The notes beneath the pieces were generated by a model. The model had not been told where the DNA came from, did not search any database, and was given only the letters and a program-made list of their open reading frames with translations. A DNA stretch of 64,000 nucleotides, from assembly GCA_017993575.1 (NCBI GenBank), contig JAGOML010000002.1, positions 4,806 through 68,805 on the forward strand, given 5' to 3'. Position 1 is the first letter of the stretch. Each line of letters starts with the position of its first letter. The translations under genes were made by a program, and so were the position numbers. This document shows, piece by piece, positions 1-9,199 of this stretch. This DNA comes from Anaerolineaceae bacterium (GTDB lineage Bacteria; Chloroflexota; Anaerolineae; Anaerolineales; Anaerolineaceae).

Positions 1-217
1 AGTTGCAATTGTCTTGCAAGATCAGTTACCTGTCTCGCAGCACGAAGATATTAAGGTACGACTGGAAAAAACAGAGCCTAACCCGGATCAAAAGGATGAT
101 CTCAATCGGATGACATGGAAACTTACTCTGCCACCGAAATCGAAGAAGCTTGTCCAGTTTCACTTTGTCATCGAAGCTCCGACGGACATGCAAATTCGCG
201 GTTTACCCTGGGATTGA
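1..217 (+). CDS. 3' end of a CDS entering from upstream of the window (hypothetical, DUF4139-like C-terminus)
   Basis: Frame 2 is open from base 2 to TGA at 215-217. The tail ...DIKVRLEKTEPNP..WKLTLPPKSKKLVQFHFVIEAP recalls DUF4139-type C-termini, from memory only. Confidence 0.45.
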   Translation, partial: VAIVLQDQLPVSQHEDIKVRLEKTEPNPDQKDDLNRMTWKLTLPPKSKKLVQFHFVIEAPTDMQIRGLPWD

Positions 218-280
218 GAGATTCAATAACCAGCAACTGGCGATTTTTTTATTGGCCTTAGTGGAAAGAAGGAGCGTAGT

Positions 281-1012
281 GTGGAACTAGCAGGAAAAAC
301 AGCTTTAATTACCGGCAGCGGTGTGCGCCTTGGTAAAGCGATTTCGAAGGCGCTGGCTGAAAATGGCTGCCAACTCGCGCTGCATTACAATTCTTCGTCC
401 GAAGGCGCGGTAGAAATCAGAACTTATGCCCAATCCCTTGGAATTAAAGCGATTACCTACCAGGCGGACCTGAGCAAACCGGATGAACTGCGCGCGTTTT
501 TTCAGGTTTGCTCCGCCGATTTTGGACATGTTGATATCCTCATCAACAACGCGGCGATTTACCTGCCCGGCAAAGGCATGGACACAACTTCGGAAACCTT
601 GGAAAAGCAGTTCCGTCTGAATTTGTTTGCGCCTGTTTTACTTATCCGGGAATTCGCCGCGCAAATCCCGGAGGATGGTCAGGGAAAAGTTGTAAACATT
701 TCAGACGCAAAAGTGTTCCGCCACCAAGCGGATCATTTTGCTTACCGCCTGACAAAAGCCGCCATCAATGAAATGACCCTGATGTTCGCGCTGGAACTCG
801 CGCCGCGCATCACCGTTAACGCGATTGCTCCAGGTGTAATGCTTCCGTTGGCTGGCCGTGAGGATACCGACATGCAAGCCCTCGCAGACAGGCGCATCCC
901 CCTAAAACGCGTTGGCAGCCCCGAGATTATCGCTGAAAACGTCCTCCATATTCTAAGCCAGGACTTCATGACTGGCACAATCGTTCGCGTGGACGGTGGT
1001 GAGGGGATTTAA
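281..1012 (+). CDS. SDR family oxidoreductase, pteridine reductase (PTR1/FolM)-like
   Basis: GTG start 7 nt after AAGGAG. Rossmann motif ITGSGVRLGKAISKAL..LHYNSS resembles PTR1/FolM rather than generic TGxxxGIG. YRLTK supplies the catalytic YxxxK. Neighbours are folB and folE. Confidence 0.75.
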   Translation: MELAGKTALITGSGVRLGKAISKALAENGCQLALHYNSSSEGAVEIRTYAQSLGIKAITYQADLSKPDELRAFFQVCSADFGHVDILINNAAIYLPGKGMDTTSETLEKQFRLNLFAPVLLIREFAAQIPEDGQGKVVNISDAKVFRHQADHFAYRLTKAAINEMTLMFALELAPRITVNAIAPGVMLPLAGREDTDMQALADRRIPLKRVGSPEIIAENVLHILSQDFMTGTIVRVDGGEGI

Positions 1013-2412
1013 ACCGGGATTGGAACCAGAATTCCGAGTTTGTAGCAGGCTACTGCCAGATCCAATGGTATGCCGTATTGCGAACGGGCTGCGGGTGTAA
1101 CAACCTTTTCGAACATCAGCAGCGACCGCAGTAACGGGATATCGTAATATCGGGCGTGATAATCCTGAAAGATTCCTTTTTCACTCAGGTAACACCATGG
1201 GGCTAAGGCGAAATGTGTGTTTTCATCCACGCTCAATGCTTTGCTGATTGGCTGCGCTCTTTTTTCTGCCTGACTGATTATTCTTGTGTAAGTCTCAAGC
1301 TGTCTGCTGAGCGAAAAAGCCGCCTTTATCCTTTCAAGTCGTTCTCCTTGCACTCTGATATTGTCTTTGAGGATTCTTGCCGCCGCAGACGCTGCAGCCC
1401 GGGAATCTCCATAATCAACTTTCTCGATCAAGTCATCCGGAAGCTGTCCGCGGTGCACCCCCACTCTTGCTGCAATGGAGGGCGTACCGCACACGAGCGA
1501 TTCATAGGCAACATTCCCAAAAGCTTCCACCATGCTCCCCAGGCACAAGGTCACCTCTCCCGCTGCATAGTAAGCTGCCATTTCCGATTGGCTCAACCAG
1601 GCGTGGAAAATAAAGTTTTCTATCAAGCCACGTTGGCGCAATTCGGCTGATATGCTTTTATGAAATTCATTTTCCGCTTCGCCATTCATGACCTCCAACC
1701 ATTGTGGAACCAATACCCGGATTCCTTCGATAGCGTGCTCATGAACCAGGGCGTCCACCACTTCGATGGTTTCCAGGAGGCCTTTGCCTGGTTCTGGGCG
1801 GTGTGGGTGAAGGATAATCCGGTGTTTTTGGGGGTCAAGCCCAAAACGCTTGTATGTTTGTTCCGGGTCTGCTGGGTAGAAAACTTCTGGGTCCAGTCCA
1901 TTCAACACGACATGAACGCGGGTAGAGATATCGGGCAGCACTCTGCCGGCGGAAGCACGTATTGTATCCGCCGAAAATTGAGACACCGCGATGATTTCGT
2001 CTGCCTGGCTTATGAACGAACCGAGGATGGATTCCGGATAGAAGTTATCCCGAAACGAAACAATGGTAGGCACATCGGTTTGGAGAAACGGCAGCAGCAG
2101 CTCGCCGTCGTGAATATAAAACCTGTCGGCGCTTTTCAGCTCCCCAGCAACAAGCTCGCATAAGCGTGCCAGGTCTGCTGGGGACACCATGTACGGCTGA
2201 GGGAAAGGCAGATGAAAAGGTAAGACCGGCTTGACTAAAATTTTTTCACCTAGAGAAAAGACCTCCTGACCGCCAACAGCCTCAGCTGCCAGTAGAACTA
2301 GCTGGTGACCTTGTTCGGCGAGATGTGTGATCAGCCGCATCAGGTGCTTGGATGCCCCACCTGTTATGCGATCCGGGAAAACCGGGTTTATGGAAAAACA
2401 AACAATCTTCAC
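1009..2412 (-). CDS. Glycosyltransferase, GT-B fold / family 4-like, with about 100 aa C-terminal extension
   Basis: 467-aa ORF with GTG start after GGGAGG. N-terminus MKIVCFSINPVFPDRITGGASKHLMRLITHLAEQGHQLVLL is typical of GT4. A glycosyl-transferase C-domain pattern (..GEVTLCLGSMVEAFGNVAYESLVCGTP) is present. Confidence 0.8.
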   Translation of the reverse strand: MKIVCFSINPVFPDRITGGASKHLMRLITHLAEQGHQLVLLAAEAVGGQEVFSLGEKILVKPVLPFHLPFPQPYMVSPADLARLCELVAGELKSADRFYIHDGELLLPFLQTDVPTIVSFRDNFYPESILGSFISQADEIIAVSQFSADTIRASAGRVLPDISTRVHVVLNGLDPEVFYPADPEQTYKRFGLDPQKHRIILHPHRPEPGKGLLETIEVVDALVHEHAIEGIRVLVPQWLEVMNGEAENEFHKSISAELRQRGLIENFIFHAWLSQSEMAAYYAAGEVTLCLGSMVEAFGNVAYESLVCGTPSIAARVGVHRGQLPDDLIEKVDYGDSRAAASAAARILKDNIRVQGERLERIKAAFSLSRQLETYTRIISQAEKRAQPISKALSVDENTHFALAPWCYLSEKGIFQDYHARYYDIPLLRSLLMFEKVVTPAARSQYGIPLDLAVACYKLGILVPIPV

Positions 2413-2451
2413 GCCCCTCCCTATTCGAAGTAAAATAAAGCGGAGGTTGCC

Positions 2452-2811
2452 ATGGATAAAATTATCATTACAGATCTGCTAACCACCGGTATCATAGGAG
2501 TAAAACATCCTGAACGTGACAAACCACAAGTTTTGTTAATTAATCTCACTTTGTACCGTGATCTCCGATTGGCCGGCGCTTCTGACAGTATCACCGATAC
2601 AATAAACTACTCAACAATCGCTACGATTGTCAGTGAGCAAGTCTCCAACACGCAGTTTCACACGGTCGAGGCGCTGGCAGCGCATTTGGCTGACTACCTT
2701 CTGGGAAATTCTCCTCTGGAAGCGGTGCGCATCCGGGTTGAGAAACCCAAAAAGGTATCCAACACTGCGCGTGTTGGGGTGGAAATTTTCCGTCGAAAGA
2801 CCAGCGCCTAA
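2452..2811 (+). CDS. folB: Dihydroneopterin aldolase
   Basis: 119 aa, GGAGG SD. The [21 protein letters not shown]...INYSTIA pattern is typical of FolB. Confidence 0.85.
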   Translation: MDKIIITDLLTTGIIGVKHPERDKPQVLLINLTLYRDLRLAGASDSITDTINYSTIATIVSEQVSNTQFHTVEALAAHLADYLLGNSPLEAVRIRVEKPKKVSNTARVGVEIFRRKTSA

Positions 2812-3431
2812 AGCTTAAACTCCGCTGAAATTCGGTTAAGAAACTCCATCCGTGTAGATAATTGGTCTCTAAAGGCGCCAAGCATATGCGACGTGGTCAT
2901 GCTGGCGTCCTGTTTTTTAACCCCGCGCATCATCATGCAAAGATGTTTCCCTTCCGCGACAACTGCCACGCCCTTTGGTTGGAGGGTTTCCTGCAGAAAA
3001 TCCGCGATTTGGATAGTCATTCTTTCCTGAACTTGCAAGCGTCGTGTAAACATTTCAACGATTCGCGGAATTTTTGAAAGGCCAATCACTTTTCCTGAAG
3101 GAATATAGGCCACGTGCACGATTCCATAGAATGGAAGCATATGATGCTCGCACATGCTGTAATACTCTATCCCCTTCACGATGACCATCTCGTCGTATTC
3201 CACGGTAAATAACGCGTTATTCACCAATTCTTCGGGGTTCATGCGGTAACCGGCGAGGATTTCCCCATAAGCCTTAGCGACTCGAGAAGGCGTTTTTAGC
3301 AAACCTTCCCGGTCTGGCTTTTCACCGATAGCTTCTAAAATCTTCGTGGTTGCCCTTTGAATTTTGTCATAATCCAGGTCAGTTTCACAAAACAAGTCCG
3401 CTGCTCTAAATAAAGGCTTTTCGCAATCCAT
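2808..3431 (-). CDS. folE: GTP cyclohydrolase I
   Basis: 207 aa. The diagnostic [33 protein letters not shown] core is present. AGGAGA SD. Confidence 0.95.
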   Translation of the reverse strand: MDCEKPLFRAADLFCETDLDYDKIQRATTKILEAIGEKPDREGLLKTPSRVAKAYGEILAGYRMNPEELVNNALFTVEYDEMVIVKGIEYYSMCEHHMLPFYGIVHVAYIPSGKVIGLSKIPRIVEMFTRRLQVQERMTIQIADFLQETLQPKGVAVVAEGKHLCMMMRGVKKQDASMTTSHMLGAFRDQLSTRMEFLNRISAEFKL

Positions 3432-3452
3432 ACTTTCTCCTGTTGAAAATTA

Positions 3453-3484
3453 ATCAAAAAGGCAGCCCTTGGGCAGGGCTGCCT
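3453..3484 (-). terminator. Rho-independent terminator downstream of hpf
   Basis: 10-bp perfect stem AGGCAGCCCT/AGGGCTGCCT (3460-3469 and 3475-3484), followed on the minus strand by a T-run. Confidence 0.75.
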
Positions 3485-3499
3485 CATGCATATCTCAGC

Positions 3500-4057
3500 T
3501 TACCCAACAATCGGATCGATTAAACCATAGGTTCCGTCGCGCCGTTTGTAAAGTACATTAATCTTATTGGTATTGGCATTGTAAAACACAAAGAAATCCT
3601 CATGCCCGAGTAACTGAAGCTGTTCAAGCGCTTCTGCTTCGTCCATGGGCGTGAGGGTGAAGCTTTTGCGGCGCACAATTAGTGGCGCGGCGTCGTCCAA
3701 CGGTTCTTCGATTGGCTCCTCGGCAATATCCAAATCACTTTCTGGACGGTGATCCCAACGTTTTCCCTTGAAACGTTCTATCTGACGCGTCATCTTATCC
3801 ACAGTAGCGTCGATAGCGGCAAAAATGCCATCCGCGCGCTCTTCAGAACGCAGGATAAACCCCTTTCCCCGGATAGTTATCTGAGCAATGAAGCGGTCTG
3901 CGGCATTTCTGGCAGTTTTTGCATACGCCAAATCCACCCGACAGTCTCCAATTTCGTTCAGAAACCTCTGCAATCTTGAAACTTTCTTTGTAGTGTAATC
4001 GTGAATTTTATCCGTGAGGTCTAAATCTTTCGTGAAAACATCGATTTTCAGTGTCAT
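3500..4057 (-). CDS. hpf: Ribosome hibernation promoting factor, long form
   Basis: N-terminal sigma-54 modulation / S30EA fold pattern (KIHDYTTKKVSRLQRFL) plus a C-terminal dimerisation domain (FFVFYNANTNKINVLYKRRDGTYGLI). ATG at 4057 is preferred over GTG at 4063 because GGAGG lies 5 nt upstream of it. Confidence 0.9.
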   Translation of the reverse strand: MTLKIDVFTKDLDLTDKIHDYTTKKVSRLQRFLNEIGDCRVDLAYAKTARNAADRFIAQITIRGKGFILRSEERADGIFAAIDATVDKMTRQIERFKGKRWDHRPESDLDIAEEPIEEPLDDAAPLIVRRKSFTLTPMDEAEALEQLQLLGHEDFFVFYNANTNKINVLYKRRDGTYGLIDPIVG

Positions 4058-4084
4058 AGGCACCTCCTCTGGGTTATGAATAAA

Positions 4085-4843
4085 TTATACCTTGTTTGAG
4101 TTCAGTTTTTCAACTGCTTCTGAAGAGTCCAATGCTTTTGCCAGGGTAATAACATGAACCTGCCCACTTCCCGCGCTTCGCAGCGCGTCCGCCGCCGCGC
4201 TGAGCGTAGCCCCGGTTGTGTATACGTCATCTACCAGTAGAATGCGTTTCCCCTGAACGGTTCGCGGATCTGCCATGAACGCACCCCGAACGTTTTCTTT
4301 CCTTTCCTGGATGTTGAGCTTAACCTGCGAGCGGGTGTCCCGGACGCGCGCCAGAGCCTTGCTTTGCAGTGGAAGGCGGAGATTAAGCGAAAGCGGAAAA
4401 GCAAGCACCGCGGCCTGGTTATATCCCCGCTCTCTTTGGCGTTTTTCACTTAATGGGACGGGTACCACCATGTCCACCTGCCAGTTCTCGGACTGCACCA
4501 GCCTGGAAAGTAATGACGCAACCGCATGGGCTAAGCCGAGGTCAGCTTTGTACTTCAAATTGATGACTATCTGCGTGATAACGCCTTCGTAAGCTGCCAG
4601 GCTGCGAATTTCCTGGTATGCCGGTGGCTGCTGGCGGCAGCGGGAACAGACTCCGCGGACTGCCATGGCACGCCCACAGTATCTACAGCCATTTCTGTTG
4701 GTAAATCTAATATGTTGGAGACATTCCGGGCAGATTTGATAAGCTTCAGCGCCACAACCCGCGCATTTCGGCGGAAATACCCAATCAATACTGTTCCAAA
4801 ACGCGGAATAAACGCTTGAAAGAATGGCGTATTTGTCCGTCAT
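4085..4843 (-). CDS. comF: ComF family protein (phosphoribosyltransferase domain with N-terminal Cys-rich zinc finger)
   Basis: Four CxxC pairs at the N-terminus. PRT motif ILLVDDVYTTGATL at the C-terminus. Confidence 0.85.
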   Translation of the reverse strand: MTDKYAILSSVYSAFWNSIDWVFPPKCAGCGAEAYQICPECLQHIRFTNRNGCRYCGRAMAVRGVCSRCRQQPPAYQEIRSLAAYEGVITQIVINLKYKADLGLAHAVASLLSRLVQSENWQVDMVVPVPLSEKRQRERGYNQAAVLAFPLSLNLRLPLQSKALARVRDTRSQVKLNIQERKENVRGAFMADPRTVQGKRILLVDDVYTTGATLSAAADALRSAGSGQVHVITLAKALDSSEAVEKLNSNKV

Positions 4844-4847
4844 TGGT

Positions 4848-4985
4848 TTACTTCAGGTTAGCGTTGTAAAAAAGTTGAATGGCTGGCCAGAATAAGGAAA
4901 AGAGTGTAAATAGAACCAGAAATATCAGGATCACCAGGAGGATATACTCCACTGGTCCCCATCCTTTAGGCGATTGTGAACGCAT
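4848..4985 (-). CDS. Candidate 45-aa single-pass membrane micro-protein (not in the ORF track)
   Basis: My own translation: MRSQSPKGWGPVEYILLVILIFLVLFTLFSLFWPAIQLFYNANLK. GGAGAA lies 5 nt before the ATG. The stop is 4 nt before the comF ATG. Confidence 0.35.
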   Translation of the reverse strand: MRSQSPKGWGPVEYILLVILIFLVLFTLFSLFWPAIQLFYNANLK

Positions 4986-5133
4986 CAGTTTCTCCGAAGG
5001 CCGAGTGTTTCATAGTTTCAATTATAATTGGATTGTTCAACAGTCTTAAACCGCTAAATAATCTGTTGTTTTTTATCCAGGTTTACTGTATGATACAAAA
5101 GAATGGTCACTATTCGATTTAAAAGGAGCAAAA

Positions 5134-5658
5134 ATGAGTGATATTTTCGATAAAGTAGTCGGTGAACAGGATTTCTTCAAAAAGCTCATCGCGAAGATTC
5201 CAGGGTTTAAGGGCTATGTGGAACGTGGCGATCGCAGAATGTCAGACAAACTATTGCGGGAACAGGTCGCGCTTGAGTTTGAATCCCAATACCAGCGTGT
5301 ATCTGGCTTGCAGCGTGATTTGATTTCCCAGGGCGGGCTGGCGTATATTGACGACCTCGAAGCTGCAGCGATTAAGTTGCGCCAATTCATTGACCGCGTC
5401 CGGACCGCGTCTTATGGTTATGCTGGTATTTTTGACGCTGTCAAAATTAAAGAAGACGACCTGGCGCAGGTTTACCAGTTCGACAGCCAGCTGCTTGGAC
5501 TAAGTGAAACCGTCACCCGCGCGATTGACAATGTGGAAACTTCTTTTGGCACAGATGGACTACCGGCAGCAATCAAGAACCTCACGACTGTCGCCCAGTC
5601 TTGCGTGGAAACCTTTAATAAACGGTCGGACGTGCTTAAAGGCATTGCGGCCAACTGA
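5134..5658 (+). CDS. Hypothetical protein of helical appearance, first gene of the SPFH module
   Basis: 174 aa with a strong SD (AAAGGAG). No motif I can name. The next gene starts 34 nt downstream on the same strand. Confidence 0.6.
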   Translation: MSDIFDKVVGEQDFFKKLIAKIPGFKGYVERGDRRMSDKLLREQVALEFESQYQRVSGLQRDLISQGGLAYIDDLEAAAIKLRQFIDRVRTASYGYAGIFDAVKIKEDDLAQVYQFDSQLLGLSETVTRAIDNVETSFGTDGLPAAIKNLTTVAQSCVETFNKRSDVLKGIAAN

Positions 5659-5692
5659 CTATTGATTCACTAATGGATTTGGAGGCTTAAAA

Positions 5693-6739
5693 ATGACAAG
5701 GATTTTTGATGTTGTTGAATACCCAAGCGAGATGGCAGATGAAATTGTCCATCGCTTTCCTGAAACCGGCGTTGCTGACTTACGCTTTGGCTCGCAGGTA
5801 ATCGTCCGTGAATCACAGAATGTGGTCTTTTTCCGCGATGGGCGCGCGCTGGATGTGCTCGGGCCTGGTCGGCACACGATCACCACGGCAAATGTTCCTC
5901 TTCTGACCAATCTGTTGGGTCAGGCATTCGGCGGCCGGACACCCTTCACCGCGGAAGTCTATTATGTTTCGATGCGTGAATTCGCGGATCGCAAATGGGG
6001 CACTCCCCAGCCCATTATCGTGCGCAATCCCGGCGTTGGTCTGGGAATCGCGCTGCTGCAAGGATTTGGCACCTACAGTTTCCAGGTAAAGGATCCTCAG
6101 CAGTTTGTCACACAGTTGGTCGGAGCTCAGGGCGCCTATCGCACCTCGGATATTGAAACCCGCTTGCGCACCATGCTGCTTTCCAAACTGCAGGATGTGC
6201 TTGGCGAAACAACTGCCAAAAGCAGCGTGCTGGAACTTATTGGTCTGACTGAAGAATTGGGTGCGGCAGTCCGGGCAAAATCTCAGGACGATTTCCTCGC
6301 GATAGGTTTGCTTCTCAAGTCGTTCTATATTGGGAATCTCAAACCATCGGATAAATCCGCGGAAGAGCTGCGCCAGATGGGCATGCTGGATATGCAGACC
6401 TACACCCAGCTGCAAGCAGCCGACGCCATGCGGGATGCCGCTCAGAATCCTTCGGGCGGCGCTGGCCTGACCGCCGGAATCGGCGCTGGCATGGGCATTG
6501 GCAATGTGCTCAGCAGCTCGCTGGCTGGAATGTCTCAGACCGCGCAGGCTGCCGGCACGGGAGCAGCCGCCGTGCCTGCAATGCCAGATGTGATGACCCC
6601 CTCTGAAGCCGCATCTTTCCTGAAAGTCTCTGAGGAAGATGTATTAGCCGCGATTACCGCGGGCGATCTTAAAGCTCGCAAAATCGGCAGCGCTTTCAGA
6701 ATTAGCAAAGAAGCCCTACAGGAATTCCTGAAAGGTTAG
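5693..6739 (+). CDS. SPFH/Band-7 protein of the COG4260/YdjI-like type, fused to a C-terminal excisionase-type HTH
   Basis: N-terminus IFDVVEYPSEMADEIVHRFPE..GSQVIVRESQNVVFFRDGRALDVLGPGRHTITTANVPLL matches the YdjI-like SPFH pattern. A Gly/Ala-rich linker follows. The C-terminus MTPSEAASFLKVSEEDVLAAITAGDLKARKIGSAFRISKEALQEFL looks like an excisionase/MerR-type HTH. Confidence 0.8.
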   Translation: MTRIFDVVEYPSEMADEIVHRFPETGVADLRFGSQVIVRESQNVVFFRDGRALDVLGPGRHTITTANVPLLTNLLGQAFGGRTPFTAEVYYVSMREFADRKWGTPQPIIVRNPGVGLGIALLQGFGTYSFQVKDPQQFVTQLVGAQGAYRTSDIETRLRTMLLSKLQDVLGETTAKSSVLELIGLTEELGAAVRAKSQDDFLAIGLLLKSFYIGNLKPSDKSAEELRQMGMLDMQTYTQLQAADAMRDAAQNPSGGAGLTAGIGAGMGIGNVLSSSLAGMSQTAQAAGTGAAAVPAMPDVMTPSEAASFLKVSEEDVLAAITAGDLKARKIGSAFRISKEALQEFLKG

Positions 6740-6757
6740 AGTACATTAACCAAAATT

Positions 6758-6789
6758 AGCAGCCTGGCGAAAGCCGGGCTGCTTTTTTG
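6758..6789 (+). terminator. Rho-independent terminator after the SPFH gene
   Basis: 11-bp stem (AGCAGCCTGGC / GCCGGGCTGCT) with a GAAA tetraloop, followed by TTTTTT. Confidence 0.8.
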
Positions 6790-6831
6790 TTGACATCAGG
6801 TAAAATTAGTAAAAAAGATTACTGGAGCGTA

Positions 6832-7977
6832 ATGAAACTTCACGAATACCAGGCAAAATTGATTTTCTCGCGTGAAGGAATCCCTGTACCAAAATCCGGA
6901 TTGGCAAACACTCCCATCGAAGCCCGTCAAATAGCCTCAGAAATTGGTTACCCTGTGGTCTTAAAAGCGCAGGTACTCTCGGGCGGACGTGGAAAAGCGG
7001 GCGGGATTCGTCTTGTCAGGAATGACACTGAGATTGAAACCACCGCCAATCTGATTTTCAACAGTCCCATCCGCGGAATTCCGGTACAACGCCTCTTAAT
7101 TGAAAAGGCAATTGAGTTTTCTCAGGAGTTTTACCTTGGAATCGTGAATGACCGCTCCCTGGCAAAACCTATCCTTATCCTATCCTCCTCCGGCGGCATA
7201 GAAATTGAAGAAATCGCCCTGACCTCACCAGAACACATTGAGAAATCGCCCATCAATCCCTTGATTGGGCTCCAGAATTATGCGGCGCGCGCGCTTGCTT
7301 CAAGGCTGGGCATCGATTACGTGCTCTGGAAACCGCTGCAGCAGATTGCAGTTTCCTTGTGGAAATTATTCGACCAACTGGATGCGACCTTGGTAGAAAT
7401 AAACCCGTTGGTTGTTACGCCAGAGAAAACCTTGATGGCCTTGGACGGTAAGATGACCATTGATGACAACGCGCTCTTTCGTCAAAAGGATTTCTTGGAG
7501 CTTTCTGACCAGGCAGCTGAAACGCTGACCGAACAAGAAGCGAAGAAATTCAGCCTGAATTACATCCAGCTTAATGGCAATATCGGCTGCATGGTCAACG
7601 GAGCGGGTCTGGCGATGGCGACCATGGATTGCATCCAACAGGCGGGCAGCGAGCCGGCGAATTTCCTGGATATCGGCGGCGGCGCAACGGCCGACAAAGT
7701 CGCTGCCGCGCTTGCCATCATTATGAAAGATCCCAAGGTCAACGCGGTGCTGATTAATATCTTTGGAGGAATTACCCGCTGTGACGAGGTCGCGAGAGGG
7801 CTGGCAGCAATCCTGCCAGAGATGCGCCGCGCTCTGCCGATTGTTGTCCGTCTGGAGGGTACCAATGCGGAAGAAGGCAGGAAAATTCTGGAACAATACC
7901 CCCAACTTCTTCAGGCTGATACTCTGATGAGCGCGGCCGAAATAGCTGTGCGGGAATCAAGGCAGGTGGCTGCATGA
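6832..7977 (+). CDS. sucC: Succinyl-CoA synthetase beta subunit
   Basis: [21 protein letters not shown]-terminus. ATG at 6832 with GGAG 5 nt upstream is preferred over the TTG at 6787 used in the ORF track. ATGA overlap with sucD. Confidence 0.93.
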   Translation: MKLHEYQAKLIFSREGIPVPKSGLANTPIEARQIASEIGYPVVLKAQVLSGGRGKAGGIRLVRNDTEIETTANLIFNSPIRGIPVQRLLIEKAIEFSQEFYLGIVNDRSLAKPILILSSSGGIEIEEIALTSPEHIEKSPINPLIGLQNYAARALASRLGIDYVLWKPLQQIAVSLWKLFDQLDATLVEINPLVVTPEKTLMALDGKMTIDDNALFRQKDFLELSDQAAETLTEQEAKKFSLNYIQLNGNIGCMVNGAGLAMATMDCIQQAGSEPANFLDIGGGATADKVAAALAIIMKDPKVNAVLINIFGGITRCDEVARGLAAILPEMRRALPIVVRLEGTNAEEGRKILEQYPQLLQADTLMSAAEIAVRESRQVAA

Positions 7978-8840
7978 CAGTCCTGCTGAATGAACAAGCG
8001 CGTATTTTGGTTCAGGGCATCACGGGACGCGAAGGCTTATACCACAGCGAACGCATGCACGCCTATGCTAAAAATGTCGTCGCAGGCACATCACCTGGTC
8101 ATGGGGGAGAATGGGTGCTTGACTATAAGGTGCCGGTTTTTGATACCGTGCAGGATGCCAAAGAATCGACGCAAGCAGACACCAGCGTCATTTTTGTGCC
8201 AGCCTTTCATGCCGCGGACGCGATCATGGAATCAATCGAAGCTGAGATACGGCTTATCGTCTGTATTTCTGAGGGTATTCCCATCAAGGATATGCTCAAG
8301 GTTCGGGCGCTGTTGGAACATTCCGACAGCCGCTTGATTGGCCCAAACTCACCTGGGATTCTTACTCCTGGGATAGCAAAGGCCGGCATTATCCCTGGCT
8401 CGATTGCGATACCAGGCAAGGTCGGGGTGGTTTCCCGCTCTGGAACGCTAACCTACGAGGTCGTCCAGGCGCTGAAAAAAGCTGGGGTCGGGGTTTCCAC
8501 GTGCGTCGGTATTGGCGGGGACCCGATTGTGGGAACCAGTTTTGTTGAGTGTCTGGACTTGTTTGAATCAGACCCGCACACTGATCAAATCATCCTGATT
8601 GGTGAGATTGGCGGAAATGAAGAAGAACTGGCTGCTGAGTTTATTCTGAACCAGGTCACCAAACCGGTGTATGCTTACATCGCGGGAAGAACTGCGCCTG
8701 AAAACCGCCGCATGGGACACGCCGGAGCGATTATTGAGGGTAAAACCGGTTCCGCGCGCAGCAAAATCGAAGCGCTTCTGCGCGCCGGCGTTCAGTTGTT
8801 CTCTTATCCGGAAGAAATTGCTGAAATTATCCGCGTATAA
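7974..8840 (+). CDS. sucD: Succinyl-CoA synthetase alpha subunit
   Basis: [19 protein letters not shown] and the MGHAGAII phosphohistidine loop are present. Confidence 0.95.
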   Translation: MTVLLNEQARILVQGITGREGLYHSERMHAYAKNVVAGTSPGHGGEWVLDYKVPVFDTVQDAKESTQADTSVIFVPAFHAADAIMESIEAEIRLIVCISEGIPIKDMLKVRALLEHSDSRLIGPNSPGILTPGIAKAGIIPGSIAIPGKVGVVSRSGTLTYEVVQALKKAGVGVSTCVGIGGDPIVGTSFVECLDLFESDPHTDQIILIGEIGGNEEELAAEFILNQVTKPVYAYIAGRTAPENRRMGHAGAIIEGKTGSARSKIEALLRAGVQLFSYPEEIAEIIRV

Positions 8841-8844
8841 CAAA

Positions 8845-8869
8845 AAAGAGGAGCGTAGAGCTCCTCTTT
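8845..8869. terminator. Bidirectional hairpin between convergent sucD and the ACP gene
   Basis: Perfect 10-bp stem AAAGAGGAGC/GCTCCTCTTT, with an A-run on one side and a T-run on the other. Confidence 0.7.
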
Positions 8870-8883
8870 ATCGTACCAAGTGA

Positions 8884-9120
8884 TTATTTTCTTAACGCTT
8901 CAATGGCCGCAACCGCGTCTTTTACAGAACGGATATCGCGGGCTGTTTCGTCAGAAATGTTGATATCAAACTTCTCGCAAAAGCCGTCAATCAGGAAAAA
9001 CTGGTCCATCGAATCTGCTTTTAGATCCTCGATGAACCGCGTCTCTGGCGTGATATTCTCACCATCGATTTTCAAAACTTCTACGATTACTTCCTTTACA
9101 GCGTTGAATGTTTCTTCCAT
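8884..9120 (-). CDS. Acyl carrier protein-like
   Basis: 78 aa, acidic. DSMD phosphopantetheine-attachment motif (LKADSMDQFFLI). GAGGAGAAGG SD. Confidence 0.8.
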   Translation of the reverse strand: MEETFNAVKEVIVEVLKIDGENITPETRFIEDLKADSMDQFFLIDGFCEKFDINISDETARDIRSVKDAVAAIEALRK

Positions 9121-9199
9121 GTGTGCCTTCTCCTCAATGGATTAATGTTTTAGTGAATGCCATATTATAATGTCATAAATATAACACCTAATTAAAACT

